Shown here: piece after piece, positions 20,901 to 30,136 of the stretch
Position numbering within the stretch: the first letter of the stretch is position 1
How the letters are laid out: each line of letters opens with the position of its first letter
Assembly (NCBI GenBank): GCA_043813605.1
Contig: JBDRKX010000112.1
Span: 1-39,769, forward strand
Origin: Elusimicrobiota bacterium
GTDB lineage: Bacteria > CG03 > SLGR01 > JBDRKX01
DNA length: 39,769 nucleotides
Direction: 5' to 3'
Program-made: the position numbers and the translations under genes
Notes under the pieces: model-generated
The model's database searches: none
What the model was told of the DNA's origin: nothing
What the model saw: only the letters and a program-made list of their open reading frames with translations

Positions 20901-22957
20901 TATGTACATCAGGGACTCTAAAGTTGAGAGATGGTAAAGCAATTATTAAAAACAACAGGGATTTTTCGATCGATGTACTTGCGGATTTTAAAAATATAAG
21001 AACAGGCCCGCTGGCAATACTGGGAACGGGGAAGATACAGGGGGATATAAGAACAATTCCGCTTGGACTGGATATAAGGGTAATACCCCGGAAGCTCCTG
21101 ATTAACCGTCTTGGTCTTCAAGATGAATTAACCCTGACGTATAAGGATAAACTGCTGGAGTTTGCCGTAAAAGACGGTGTCCGGGGCGAACTATATCTGG
21201 ACTATCCTGACAGGATACAAGTGCGTTCGTTATCCTTTGAGGAAGGAACAAGAAAACTGGAAGTCTCCGGCATATACAGCCCCGCCGGAACAGAAGGAAA
21301 AGTGCATGCCAGGAACATCGAGATCAATAATATCATCAGGCTTCTGGACAGCCCTCTTGAATTGTCGGGTAGTTCGGATTTTAATCTTGTTATTTCCGGA
21401 GATGCGGAAAAAATGAACCTGAAAGGAGATATTGAACTTGATAAATGCCGGTATGTTGATGTTGTTCTCGGTAATATTAAAAGCGGATTTTTTTATTCAG
21501 ACGGGATATTGCATTTATCCGATACTCTCATAAGGAACCCGCAATTCATGGATATCCAGATTGATGGTTCGATAGGAAAAAAGAGTTTAGATCTCAATAT
21601 CATAATAAACAGGTTGTCTCTGGCATTGTTGAGCGAGTTTTCAGGCGAGATCAGTAAAGGTGCAGGGTATTTTCTGGGAAAATTTAAAATAAAAGGGAGC
21701 TTCCAGAAACCGGATATAAAGGGAAATGCGAGGCTTGAAGGCGGAACTGTTTCAGGGAAAAATATCATAAATAAAATACGGGATATAGAGTGCAGCATAA
21801 CAGGTGAGGGCAGCAGGCTGAATCTTGAAAGTATTAATGCTGAATGGAAACCGGGGAATATCACGGGAAGCGGATACATTGATTTTGGCAAAAGACCGCT
21901 TGACCTGAAACTAAGTCTCTCGACACAGGGAGACAGAGGCGGATCTGTAAAGATACCATATCTGGATATCCCTCAGAGTTCGATATTCGGGAGGTACCTG
22001 ACACTCCCGTCATACGGTGAGCCGTTAATAAAACTGGATCTGTATAATACCGACGAAGGTTATGTTCTGAAAGGGGATGTGACTCTGATTAATACGCATT
22101 TTACGTATCCCCCGGCAAAAGGTTCAGCCAAGGCCGGGGGTTTCGGTATTATGGATGACATAACAATAGATATAGATTTGAGAGCCGCTGAATCGGTGTG
22201 GTACGAGAATACATACGCCAGGGTAAAAATCAATGGAGGTCTTAATTTCAGAAAACCGCCGGGAAAAAAACTCATGGTCAATGGTACGATCACTTCGAAT
22301 GAAGGAGAACTTACATATTTTAACAGGGAATACAGGGTTAAGGAAGCGAATCTCAGGTTTGAAGATTCCATAGAGTATCTTGATGCTGTAGCAGCTACGG
22401 ATATACAGAGGAAAATGATTGATGGTTTGTGGGAAGACGATGAAATAGAACTCATAATCCAGCCGAGCAGGGTTGCTGATATAAAACTCAGGTTTTCATC
22501 GAGCAGGTACGCGGAACAGACATCTTCCGAAGAAGCAATGGAACTTACAATAGCCGGAGTTGAGCTGAAAAACCTGAGCAGGGAGGAAAGAAATTTACTC
22601 ATGAGGCAGGAAATATTAAGGGCAATTGATGCAAACCTGACTACGCCTCTGGTAAAAAACATATTGAAGAGGACAGAATTGATTGATGTAGCAAAAGTAG
22701 ATGTAAAAGTATCTGAAACCGCAGATGAAGAAAGGCGTATGTTTATAGAGGGAGCAGGACTGGAAGTCGGCAGATATTTTACTGACAGGTTCTATATGGG
22801 GTATTATATGCAGTTCGGCGGTTTCGGGCTTGAAGACAAACTTCGTCTTTCACATGAACTGGATATGCTCTACAGGGTACAGGGGAGCCAGTTTCTCCGC
22901 GGCCGGGTTTCTGAAGAAGAGAAGTTTTTCGGTGTTGAACAAAGAATAAAGTTCTGA
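17906..22957 (+). CDS. tamB: TamB / AsmA-like (DUF490) bridge-like envelope protein
   Basis: 1683 aa; single N-terminal TM anchor followed by long Gly-rich beta-strand repeats (G-x-x-x-x-P-x-x-x-G pattern); C-terminal GRYFTDRFYMGY...FFGVEQRIKF typical of the TamB end. Confidence 0.8.
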   Translation: MKKILLSLLFAAVIIILVFLYIKSQKFNRHLKVLVISAVSGYVGSDIKIDRIRTDILSSIVLTGVAVYSPDGNPVLEIDKVIVNYSLWKMLRRAGSLLNMITGVSLYGPDLELVYSEGSFIVKGLEKVFSKTDGETKRIFPPWKIKVRKGNILVTLDKERSVDITRFDAAFLLGGYPEININSSFSAGGFADRVSINGALHLIKEDFRVTIEASDVDLKQLGKEIIPGKVDELKSGMMDFKLRCEGNINSIMSDLRTIKTSGEISLEEVEVLDFKILSARFNVLPVRLKLDQGVFRWKDNPLDISGTVSDYLHKPELMLKASGLIKAQELLEGSPLKEVKGEFKIESEIDGMLDDLIIKGTLHMDKGQVAGIDIIEFKSALNYSREGLKLGNGSADIAGGKAIWEGEWSPVGKIDIGLSAENINIAKIINYEKISGSFGGEIKISGNTYNPVINSNVTMENLVLAGRKFEHLTLKSGYKENRISLNGFTINGDYNILAELELGSRDKKDINIRKLDISGPEGEIINVTGGLGISPFRFKILVDGHKVNTNDIPMAKILYEDIKGSLDIKGTVEYSIGNISLDTQIQTAELSIRDKKYFLACRLDLFFGTAVKKVKLTDINLNNYLSGFAAFEKGTGGFIIQSSEIRLNNADIRELIALSNKGIGIEHGSADGFFNVSENKGTGELKISGLKAAGMDIGDTDIKFDYSPSNIVIDQMRTVKKEGYFIVSGTVYPAHNIEMAFSDYEMNNRIIDGSLKYSGSSDKPGSFGIKIDGKMMLNKTEWPEFSLAGSYEEKKLKLRLDTDGTIKGDSVVVFKDKVSVESDIWLKKFQLPKLLDAAGVSINTEGMVSGALKIMGAGAEPLIYFKGNMENGNWRNILYAAELSAEYQNSGFRIGYLEGKAAGGTVKIKGTGNNEEGLKMSCSVEQVELAELAGLIDTIDKISGKADALISVSGLLTKPDFDIDLTAKGLNIGDMQFDSVRSKLSLSGKEIDIDEIETVCTSGTLKLRDGKAIIKNNRDFSIDVLADFKNIRTGPLAILGTGKIQGDIRTIPLGLDIRVIPRKLLINRLGLQDELTLTYKDKLLEFAVKDGVRGELYLDYPDRIQVRSLSFEEGTRKLEVSGIYSPAGTEGKVHARNIEINNIIRLLDSPLELSGSSDFNLVISGDAEKMNLKGDIELDKCRYVDVVLGNIKSGFFYSDGILHLSDTLIRNPQFMDIQIDGSIGKKSLDLNIIINRLSLALLSEFSGEISKGAGYFLGKFKIKGSFQKPDIKGNARLEGGTVSGKNIINKIRDIECSITGEGSRLNLESINAEWKPGNITGSGYIDFGKRPLDLKLSLSTQGDRGGSVKIPYLDIPQSSIFGRYLTLPSYGEPLIKLDLYNTDEGYVLKGDVTLINTHFTYPPAKGSAKAGGFGIMDDITIDIDLRAAESVWYENTYARVKINGGLNFRKPPGKKLMVNGTITSNEGELTYFNREYRVKEANLRFEDSIEYLDAVAATDIQRKMIDGLWEDDEIELIIQPSRVADIKLRFSSSRYAEQTSSEEAMELTIAGVELKNLSREERNLLMRQEILRAIDANLTTPLVKNILKRTELIDVAKVDVKVSETADEERRMFIEGAGLEVGRYFTDRFYMGYYMQFGGFGLEDKLRLSHELDMLYRVQGSQFLRGRVSEEEKFFGVEQRIKF

Positions 22958-22963
22958 TATGCA

Positions 22964-22998
22964 GGGGACTTGAAAAAAATGATAAATTTATTTATACT
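22964..22998 (+). promoter_or_regulatory. sigma70-type promoter of first dksA-like gene (probably leaderless or near-leaderless transcript)
   Basis: TTGAAA 22970-22975, 17 bp, TATACT 22993-22998; ATG at 23007; no SD. Confidence 0.7.
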
Positions 22999-23006
22999 GT
23001 TTCACT

Positions 23007-23363
23007 ATGAATAAAAGAGATGCGCTGAAAATCAGAAAATTCCTTGAAGAAGAAAGAAAAGACTTCGCTGAAATCGTGGCAAGGATAAAGGAAAGAGAAG
23101 AAGAATATCTAAACGGCGATGTAGGTGATGATATTGATAAAGCTACAGGTGACGCCCAGCGGGAAATACTTTTCTGTCTCAGTGCAAATGACAGGCTGAA
23201 AGTAGACGCTATCAAAGATGCAATAAGGAAGATCGATGAGGGCCGGTTCGGGATATGTGAATCATGCAGAAAAAAGATATCAAAGGCCCGCCTGGACGCT
23301 ATTCCATATGCCCGGCTATGTATTAAATGCAAACCTCGGGACGAGTCCAGTTCTTTCGAATAA
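23007..23363 (+). CDS. TraR/DksA family transcription factor, copy 1
   Basis: Coiled-coil tip DDIDKA (DxxDxA); C4 zinc finger FGICESC...RLDAIPYARLCIKC. Confidence 0.93.
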   Translation: MNKRDALKIRKFLEEERKDFAEIVARIKEREEEYLNGDVGDDIDKATGDAQREILFCLSANDRLKVDAIKDAIRKIDEGRFGICESCRKKISKARLDAIPYARLCIKCKPRDESSSFE

Positions 23364-23375
23364 AGCAATGTTTTA

Positions 23376-23414
23376 TTCACTTCAAGTTGACATACGGGAC
23401 ATCATATATATAAT
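23376..23414 (+). promoter_or_regulatory. Consensus sigma70 promoter of the REC-XRE regulator with overlapping candidate operator
   Basis: TTGACA 23387-23392, 16 bp, TATAAT 23409-23414; ATG at 23421; TTCACT-TCA-AGTTGA (23376-23390) overlaps the -35. Confidence 0.7.
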
Positions 23415-23420
23415 ATAAGA

Positions 23421-24026
23421 ATGGTAAAAAAGAAATTGAAAAGCAGAATACTGATAATCGATGATGACAAAGATGTCTGTAAAGTGCTCAAAAAGAACCT
23501 GAGTGAAGAAGGATATGATGTTTCGGCCGTTTTCTCAGGTTCGGACGGTATAGACAGTGTTTCCAGGAAAAGATTTGAATTACTGATACTCGATATGAAA
23601 TTACCTGATATGCATGGTACGAAAGTATTGGAAAAAATATCAGAAATAGATCCAAGTATAGCTGTGATAGTGCTTACCGGGTATCCTGATATTGACAGTG
23701 CAGTGAAAACTTTAAAGAGCCAGGCGGTAGACTATATACAAAAACCGTTTAAGATCAGTGAGCTGAAAGCTATAGTACAGAAAGAACTGCTTATGGTGAG
23801 CGCAAGGAAAGAATATGGTGTGACGCAGATAGATAATGTGGGTAAGAGGATAAATCAGCTTCGCAAGAAGAACGAGATGTCACTGGATGTGCTTGCAGAA
23901 AGAACTGATCTTTCAAAAAGTTTCCTTTCTGAAGTCGAAAGAAAAAAGAAGTTCCCGCGGCTAAGTACACTGCAGAGAATAGCAAAAGAGCTTGGAGTAA
24001 GTGTAAAATTGATTTTCAAGGAATAA
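23421..24026 (+). CDS. Response regulator: receiver domain fused to XRE-family helix-turn-helix
   Basis: ILIIDDD...LLILDMKLPD...LTG...KPF receiver; VGKRINQLRKKNEMSLDVLAERTDLSKSFLSEVER XRE HTH. Confidence 0.92.
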   Translation: MVKKKLKSRILIIDDDKDVCKVLKKNLSEEGYDVSAVFSGSDGIDSVSRKRFELLILDMKLPDMHGTKVLEKISEIDPSIAVIVLTGYPDIDSAVKTLKSQAVDYIQKPFKISELKAIVQKELLMVSARKEYGVTQIDNVGKRINQLRKKNEMSLDVLAERTDLSKSFLSEVERKKKFPRLSTLQRIAKELGVSVKLIFKE

Positions 24027-24045
24027 ATTTTTTTTGCATACAGTG

Positions 24046-24060
24046 TTCACTTGAAGCGAA
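24046..24060. promoter_or_regulatory. Candidate XRE operator (6-3-6 inverted repeat) upstream of the histidine kinase
   Basis: TTCACT-TGA-AGCGAA is one mismatch from a perfect palindrome; a related site lies at 23376-23390. Confidence 0.5.
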
Positions 24061-24075
24061 TATAACAGCAAGGTA

Positions 24076-26922
24076 ATGAAAGATAACAATTTTAAAAATT
24101 CGGATATGAATGATATGAAAGAAAAGCATCAGATAGAATTTAAGAAAATAAAAGACAGGCTCAATGGAATACTCAGATCGCTCGATGACATAGTTTTTGT
24201 TTTTAATGAAGACGGTGCCTTTACGGATTATTATTCAAATGACAAAAACCAGCTTCTTCTCGAACCGGATAAGTTTTTAGGTAAAAAAGTAGAAGAAGTA
24301 ATGAACCCTCATATAACAAAACAATTCAAACATGCCATGAGGAAGAATAAAAGAGGCATAATAGCTGAATTCGAATACTCCGCCGAATTCAGCGGCGAGG
24401 TCAGATATTATAACGCAAAGATGACTCCACAGACCGCAGGAGGGAAATTTACCGGATCGATCGCTCTTGTAAGGGATATAACTCAGACAAGAAGATCCAT
24501 GGTGATGCTGACGGAGTCTGAGAATATGTACAGGGAACTGCTGAGGACCACTCCTGATTCCATACTTGTATCGGATCTTCAGGGAAATATACTGGACCTT
24601 TCTAAAAAGTCAGCCGAGATGCACGGTTACGACGATCCGGAAGAACTGATAGGTCTAAATTCATTCGATCTTGTCGCTCCTGAAGATACTGATAGGGTCA
24701 TGAAGAACATGGAAAAGACCATCAAAGGTGAGGATATAAGGTTTGATGAGTATCGTCTTCTGAAAAAAGACGGTACAAGTTTCCCTGCTGAGATGAATAT
24801 ATCGCTGTTGAGGGATGATATCGGAAATCCGCAGGCGATAATAGGAATAGCGCGTGACATTACGGCCAGGAAAAAATATGAAAAAGAACTTGAAGAGAAA
24901 ACTGCGGATCTTGCATTGCTGAATAACCTGTATAATGCTATTAACCGAAATGCAGATATGCAGGGTATAGCAGATGTACTGAATGAGGGAATCAAGAAGA
25001 TAGTCGGTGACCCGGCCTGCAGGGCTGTACTCTACTTGATCAGCAAGGATAAAAAACATCTTTTACTTCAGACCCGAATGCCCACAAATGACTCGATAAA
25101 TAAGCTGGTTGAGTTTCTCGGGATAAAGCTGCCTGAATTAAAAGTATCAATGGAAGAGCGTAGTATTTACAAAGCACTGACTGCTGATAATAAGCCGAAA
25201 ATAATCGACGATAAAGATACAATAACGGCGATGATAAAAGAATATTTAAACAGTAATTTCGATTCAAAATCAGCAATTTATAAAAAAATAAAGAAAAATT
25301 TAAAAAAAGTTTCTAATATACTTAATATCAGATCTGTAATGTTTATCCCTTTGGTATTTAATGGTGAATTGGTCGGGCTTGTTGATATATCGGCGAGCCG
25401 GGGATTTTCCGGTGCCGAGTTCGACAGAATAACAAAAATAGCTGCGCGGGTTACCGTAGCTATCAGGGGAAAGCATATCAAAGATGAACTTGAAGAGTCA
25501 GAAGCAAAGTATTCCACTTTGATAGAAAGCGCTTATGACGCTGTAGGTATTGCGCAGGATGGGGTATGGGTATTCGGCAACCGGGCCACCGAAAAGATAA
25601 CCGGTTATAAGGTCAAAGATATGATAGGAAAGCCTTTCAGTGAAATCGTGGCCGGGGAATCAAAAGACATAGTGACTGCCAGGTACAGAGAGCGTATCTC
25701 CGGCGGCCATCCGCCGTCTAATTACGAGATAAAGATAAAAACAAAAGACGGGAAAGTAATTGACGTAGGAATATCTGCTGTTGTTGTCCCTTACAATGGA
25801 AGGCCCGCCGTTCTGTCGGTAATCCGCGATATAACCGAAAACAAGCAAAAGGCCGAAGAATTAAGACAGAGTGAAAAAAGATACAGGGCTGTGGTCGAAG
25901 ATCAGGCGGAACTGATCTGCCGCTTCCTGCCTGACGGAAGACTTACTTTTGTGAACGACGCATATTCGAGGTATTTCAAAAAAGATAAAGATGAATTGAT
26001 AGGGAATACGTTTATACCTCTTATCCCTGAAGACGACCGGAAAACAATAAAAGAGATTCTTAGCTCCATATCCATTGATAATCCGGTGGTCACGCACAGG
26101 CACAGGGTAATACTTCCTGAAGGCGGCATCGCATGGCAGACGTGGACTAATCGTGCGATTTTCAATGAGGACAATGAGATCATCGAATACCAGGCGGTCG
26201 GCAGAGATATAACCGAGCTTATTAATAAAGACCGGGAACTGCAGCAGGCGCAGAAACTTTCGGCAATAGGACAACTGGCGTCCGGCGTTGCCCATGAGAT
26301 CAATAATCCGTTATCGGCGTTATCGGGCGAGATACAGTGGCTCATGGAAAAGACCGAAGACAAGAAACTGATGAAATCACTGGAATTTATGAACAAAGTA
26401 TCAACCAGGATCGCTGATATTGTCACTAAACTGCTTGCGTTTTCAAGAGATACATCCCAGAAAGAACGGGTATTTCAGAACCTGAACCATGTTGTGGAGG
26501 ATACCCTGATAATGATGGAGAGGCGCCTTAAAGACAGCCGGATAACAGTATACAGGGATTATGAGAAGAAACTGCCTGAAGTATACGCCGGGAGCGGGCA
26601 GATGGAACAGGTGTTCGTCAATATCGTACTCAACAGCGCGGATTCCATGCCGGATGGCGGGAAACTATGCGTAAAAACGTTTTCCCGGGATGAAAAAACA
26701 GTAAGTGTGAGAATAACTGATAACGGATGTGGTATAAAAGAAAACGAATTAAACCTTGTTTTTGACCCGTTTTATTCAAGCAAATCAGCAGATAAGGGGA
26801 CAGGTCTAGGGCTTACAGTCAGTCACGGTATTATCGCTAACTACGGGGGAAATATACAGATAAAAAGCGAATTACACAAAGGCACACAGGTAACAGTGAA
26901 TCTGCCTGTAAAAACAGGATAA
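24076..26922 (+). CDS. Cytoplasmic multi-PAS/GAF sensor histidine kinase (NtrB-like HisKA + HATPase)
   Basis: Four PAS/PAC units ending in RDIT; GAF-like SVMFIPLVFNGELVGLV; H-box GVAHEINNPL; QVFVNIVLNS; DNGCGI; FDPFYS; GTGLGL; no TM segments. Confidence 0.94.
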   Translation: MKDNNFKNSDMNDMKEKHQIEFKKIKDRLNGILRSLDDIVFVFNEDGAFTDYYSNDKNQLLLEPDKFLGKKVEEVMNPHITKQFKHAMRKNKRGIIAEFEYSAEFSGEVRYYNAKMTPQTAGGKFTGSIALVRDITQTRRSMVMLTESENMYRELLRTTPDSILVSDLQGNILDLSKKSAEMHGYDDPEELIGLNSFDLVAPEDTDRVMKNMEKTIKGEDIRFDEYRLLKKDGTSFPAEMNISLLRDDIGNPQAIIGIARDITARKKYEKELEEKTADLALLNNLYNAINRNADMQGIADVLNEGIKKIVGDPACRAVLYLISKDKKHLLLQTRMPTNDSINKLVEFLGIKLPELKVSMEERSIYKALTADNKPKIIDDKDTITAMIKEYLNSNFDSKSAIYKKIKKNLKKVSNILNIRSVMFIPLVFNGELVGLVDISASRGFSGAEFDRITKIAARVTVAIRGKHIKDELEESEAKYSTLIESAYDAVGIAQDGVWVFGNRATEKITGYKVKDMIGKPFSEIVAGESKDIVTARYRERISGGHPPSNYEIKIKTKDGKVIDVGISAVVVPYNGRPAVLSVIRDITENKQKAEELRQSEKRYRAVVEDQAELICRFLPDGRLTFVNDAYSRYFKKDKDELIGNTFIPLIPEDDRKTIKEILSSISIDNPVVTHRHRVILPEGGIAWQTWTNRAIFNEDNEIIEYQAVGRDITELINKDRELQQAQKLSAIGQLASGVAHEINNPLSALSGEIQWLMEKTEDKKLMKSLEFMNKVSTRIADIVTKLLAFSRDTSQKERVFQNLNHVVEDTLIMMERRLKDSRITVYRDYEKKLPEVYAGSGQMEQVFVNIVLNSADSMPDGGKLCVKTFSRDEKTVSVRITDNGCGIKENELNLVFDPFYSSKSADKGTGLGLTVSHGIIANYGGNIQIKSELHKGTQVTVNLPVKTG

Positions 26923-26929
26923 CACTGAT

Positions 26930-27685
26930 ATGAAAACAGAAAAACGTATCATATATATCGGAGAGAAGAAATATAACAGTGATTTCCTGCAAAGGTTTTT
27001 AGGCGAAGAGGATTATTCGGTCGAAGTTATTGAATCATTCACTGACATTTCATCGAATGGACCTGTCAATGGATTTGCTGTGGTGATAATCGATATAGAG
27101 TATATGAACTCAAAATACAGTGATTTCTTCAAAGATTTTCAGAATACGGGTTTAAAGCCTGTTCTAATAGGTATTACAGGCGAGAAAAGAGCAGAAAAAG
27201 AAGCGGAATATTTTAAGAAAGGTATAGTCGATTTCATATATAAACCGTATAACATAGGATTCGTGAGGGACCTCCTTAGTAAAATATTCAGCGATTACGA
27301 AAAAAACGGCGCAGTAACAGCGCGTAAACGCATACTTATAGTTGATGACGAACTTATGATAAGAAAGACGCTGACAAAGATCCTTGTGGAAGCTAATTAT
27401 GATGTAAATTGCACGAGCAGCGGTGAACTGGCGCTGGAACGCCTGAAAAACCGGAAATATGATCTTGTGCTGCTGGATATCAAGCTAAAGGGTATTGACG
27501 GACTTCAAACATTGGAGAAGATAAAGAAAATAAATCCTGACATACCGGTTATAATAATAAGCGGTTATCTAACTATTGAGAATATTGAAATGGCCAGCAG
27601 ATTCGGCATATTCAGTTATATAAGGAAACCGTTTCAGTTAACAGACCTCAGGGAAAAGATAAAAAGGGCTTTTTTAAACCATTAG
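26930..27685 (+). CDS. Tandem receiver-domain protein (degenerate REC + canonical REC, no output domain)
   Basis: N-terminal half lacks the acidic pair but retains VVIIDIE and FIYKPY; C-terminal half ILIVDDE...LVLLDIKLKG...IISG...KPF. Confidence 0.87.
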   Translation: MKTEKRIIYIGEKKYNSDFLQRFLGEEDYSVEVIESFTDISSNGPVNGFAVVIIDIEYMNSKYSDFFKDFQNTGLKPVLIGITGEKRAEKEAEYFKKGIVDFIYKPYNIGFVRDLLSKIFSDYEKNGAVTARKRILIVDDELMIRKTLTKILVEANYDVNCTSSGELALERLKNRKYDLVLLDIKLKGIDGLQTLEKIKKINPDIPVIIISGYLTIENIEMASRFGIFSYIRKPFQLTDLREKIKRAFLNH

Positions 27686-27710
27686 TCCCATAGCCGGGGA
27701 GATAGACTTC

Positions 27711-29936
27711 TCAGTCTGACTTGGTTTTGGAGAGATCCTTCTTTAATTGGGAGATCGTCTTTTCAAGTTCGCCGGTCTTTTTTATGATGTTGTTCAGTTC
27801 AGATCCGGTATCTTTGCCTCTTTTACTGACATTGTCCGACAGGCTGAGTAACCTTGTTTCAAGGATTTCCAGTGTCTGAGTGAGCTTCTCAAGGGATTGC
27901 CTGTCATTTGCGGTTGCTTTACGCATATCATCAAGGTCTTTTCTTATTACTTCGATACTCGCTTTCGATGTCTCATGGCTGTCATTTAATTTGTCCAGTC
28001 CTGAATTTATCTCATCAATGCCGGCTGAAAGCTTGTCGGAGAACGATTTCTGTTCAGAATAAAGTTCTCTTGAAACAGTATCCTTTTCGATTTTCTCCAG
28101 TTCTTTGCCTAACGTTTCTATTTTTTTTGTCTCTTCAAGTATAGTTTCTATTCTTTTCGAGGTCTCTTCGGCCTGCTTCTGCTCAGTCTCAGCGAGTTTT
28201 TCCAATTTAGAGGAAATATCATCCATCCGTTTCACAAGTTCTTTGAGAGTATCATCAATATCTTTAGAACCGGATTCGGCCCTGTCCAGCCGTTTCTCGA
28301 TCTCTTTTAACTTCTTCTGGTCGGATTTCGACGGTTTGTCAGATGTTCCGGAAGAGTCTTTTTTTGTGTCAGTATCGATCTTCTCCGCCAGATCGGAGAC
28401 TTTTTTCTTAAGTTCAGTGAACTCCTTCATATCTTCAAGTTTGACTGAAGCGGCAGCCTCAGTAATCGGTTTCTTATCTTTTTTTTCATCCTTATCTTCA
28501 GTCTCGGCGAGTTCTGCTAATTTAGAAGGAATATCGTCCATCCGTTTCACAAGTTCTTTGAGGGTATCATCAATATCTTTAGACCCGGATTCAGCTTTGT
28601 CCAGCCGTTTCTCGATCTCTTTTAACTTCTTCTGGTCGGATTTCGACGGTTTGTCAGGAACATCGGAGTCTGCTTTTTTTTCCATTGCAATAATTCTTTT
28701 ATCCAGTAATGATAATCCCTTGTCAAATCCGGTGATCTTGTCATCAGCACCGTTATTAATCTTTTTCGAAATAAGTTCCATTTTCATCTTTAAAGACGAA
28801 ATATCTTCGGCATTTGCTCTGTAAAATTTATCATTAAGGACAAGTCGGTCTATACTTTCCTGCTGATGTGTCAGTGATTGTGCAATATTGTCCATACGAT
28901 GCTGTATAACCGAAAGACTGTCAAACAGGCTGCTGAGTTCCGCCGAATTATGCTTTATATTGGAATCAGTAGTATTAGAAAGTTCCATTATCCTGGTATC
29001 AATATCAGTTTTCATCGTTTCGATCGTACTATTTATAAGAGATATTTCTTTGTTCAGTATTTGTGTGTTACTTTCTCCCTGGATCGGCGTCGAAACACTC
29101 TGACCGCTTTTGCCGGCTATAGCGGTCTTAAGTGCCTTTATCTCTTCTTGAATTACTATCATGTCAAGTTCTTGGGTGCCGGATTTTTTTGAACCGAATG
29201 ATTGTTGACCTGAAGTTCCATCGAAGTCCGCACTTTTAAAATTCCTTTTTAATTCTTTCAGATCACTGCTCATATAACTGATCTTTTTCTCCTGGCGATA
29301 GAGTGTATCTTTGATATTGTTGAATTCAGACAGTGAAATATCTCCGGTTTTCTGAGTCGTGGTATCAAACCTGGAGGAAGAATCGGGCATATACGGTGTA
29401 GCAGATTCGTCAGGTTCTGAAGCGATTGATGCCTGAAGATCTTCTATGCGTGCGGAAAGAGTGTCGATCTCTTTTTCCAGGCGATTTGAATTTTCGAGCC
29501 TTATATTGGTCAGAGTGGGGGAGTTTCTGAGCATCGGTTCAAGGAGTTTCTGGAATTCCTGAACGATAGTATCTATGTATTTTGCTGATGTAATAGTGTA
29601 TTTAATGGACTTATCAAGGTCTTCCAGTTTCTGCAGTATCTCACTGTCTCGTGCAGAAAAATTACATGTCAGAGAATTGTATTCCTGTAATATCAAAATA
29701 AGATCAGAACGGGTTACATTGGCATCGGGCCTGAAAATATCCTGTCCGTATTTATAAATAAACGAATCAAAAAGGCCTACACTGTTCAGGTCTTCGGAAG
29801 CTTCGCGTAAATCGGTCTCAGTGTCCTTGAAATCAGAAGCATAGACAGGAAAGAGAGCAGCAGCATATAGAAATAATGTGATCATAAAGATCTGTGGCGG
29901 CATGTAAAAATAATTTTTTCTGTCTGTTCTCTTCAT
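27711..29936 (-). CDS. Exported SLH-like domain + long coiled-coil protein (long paralogue)
   Basis: Probable start ATG 29936 (ORF track extends to 30026); signal peptide ...LFLYAAALFPVYA; SLH-like FKD...ASEDLNSVGLF...IFRPDANVTRSDL; then ~650 aa of K/E/D/S-rich, largely heptad sequence; no C-terminal TM or barrel. Confidence 0.7.
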   Translation of the reverse strand: MKRTDRKNYFYMPPQIFMITLFLYAAALFPVYASDFKDTETDLREASEDLNSVGLFDSFIYKYGQDIFRPDANVTRSDLILILQEYNSLTCNFSARDSEILQKLEDLDKSIKYTITSAKYIDTIVQEFQKLLEPMLRNSPTLTNIRLENSNRLEKEIDTLSARIEDLQASIASEPDESATPYMPDSSSRFDTTTQKTGDISLSEFNNIKDTLYRQEKKISYMSSDLKELKRNFKSADFDGTSGQQSFGSKKSGTQELDMIVIQEEIKALKTAIAGKSGQSVSTPIQGESNTQILNKEISLINSTIETMKTDIDTRIMELSNTTDSNIKHNSAELSSLFDSLSVIQHRMDNIAQSLTHQQESIDRLVLNDKFYRANAEDISSLKMKMELISKKINNGADDKITGFDKGLSLLDKRIIAMEKKADSDVPDKPSKSDQKKLKEIEKRLDKAESGSKDIDDTLKELVKRMDDIPSKLAELAETEDKDEKKDKKPITEAAASVKLEDMKEFTELKKKVSDLAEKIDTDTKKDSSGTSDKPSKSDQKKLKEIEKRLDRAESGSKDIDDTLKELVKRMDDISSKLEKLAETEQKQAEETSKRIETILEETKKIETLGKELEKIEKDTVSRELYSEQKSFSDKLSAGIDEINSGLDKLNDSHETSKASIEVIRKDLDDMRKATANDRQSLEKLTQTLEILETRLLSLSDNVSKRGKDTGSELNNIIKKTGELEKTISQLKKDLSKTKSD
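28182..28655. repeat. Intragenic direct repeat, 2 x 159 bp, period 315 bp (53-aa module)
   Basis: 28182-28340 and 28497-28655 both encode DKPSKSDQKKLKEIEKRLD(K/R)AESGSKDIDDTLKELVKRMDDI(P/S)SKL(AE/EK)LAETE. Confidence 0.95.
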
Positions 29937-30136
29937 GTAAACAAAATATTGCGAAACGGTAATATATATATAGTACATATTTAGAAAAAGAAAGCAAAAA
30001 ATATTGACTAAAGGGCGATTACGCAATTATTAAAGCAAATCATAATGACATTCCGGTCTTTACATTGTATAAGGAATATATTATATTTAATAATTATTAT
30101 ATAATACAGCTGGATTGTATGTTATTTCTGAACCGA

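Noticed and set aside
28105..28824. 239-aa plus-strand Ser-rich ORF with repeats
   Set aside because: Antisense shadow of the repetitive coiled-coil gene.
29937..30136. Upstream extensions of both SLH-coil ORFs given by the ORF track (starts 30026 and 30065)
   Set aside because: AT-rich promoter-like DNA giving Y/I/F-rich peptides; the signal peptides start at 29936 and 30137.
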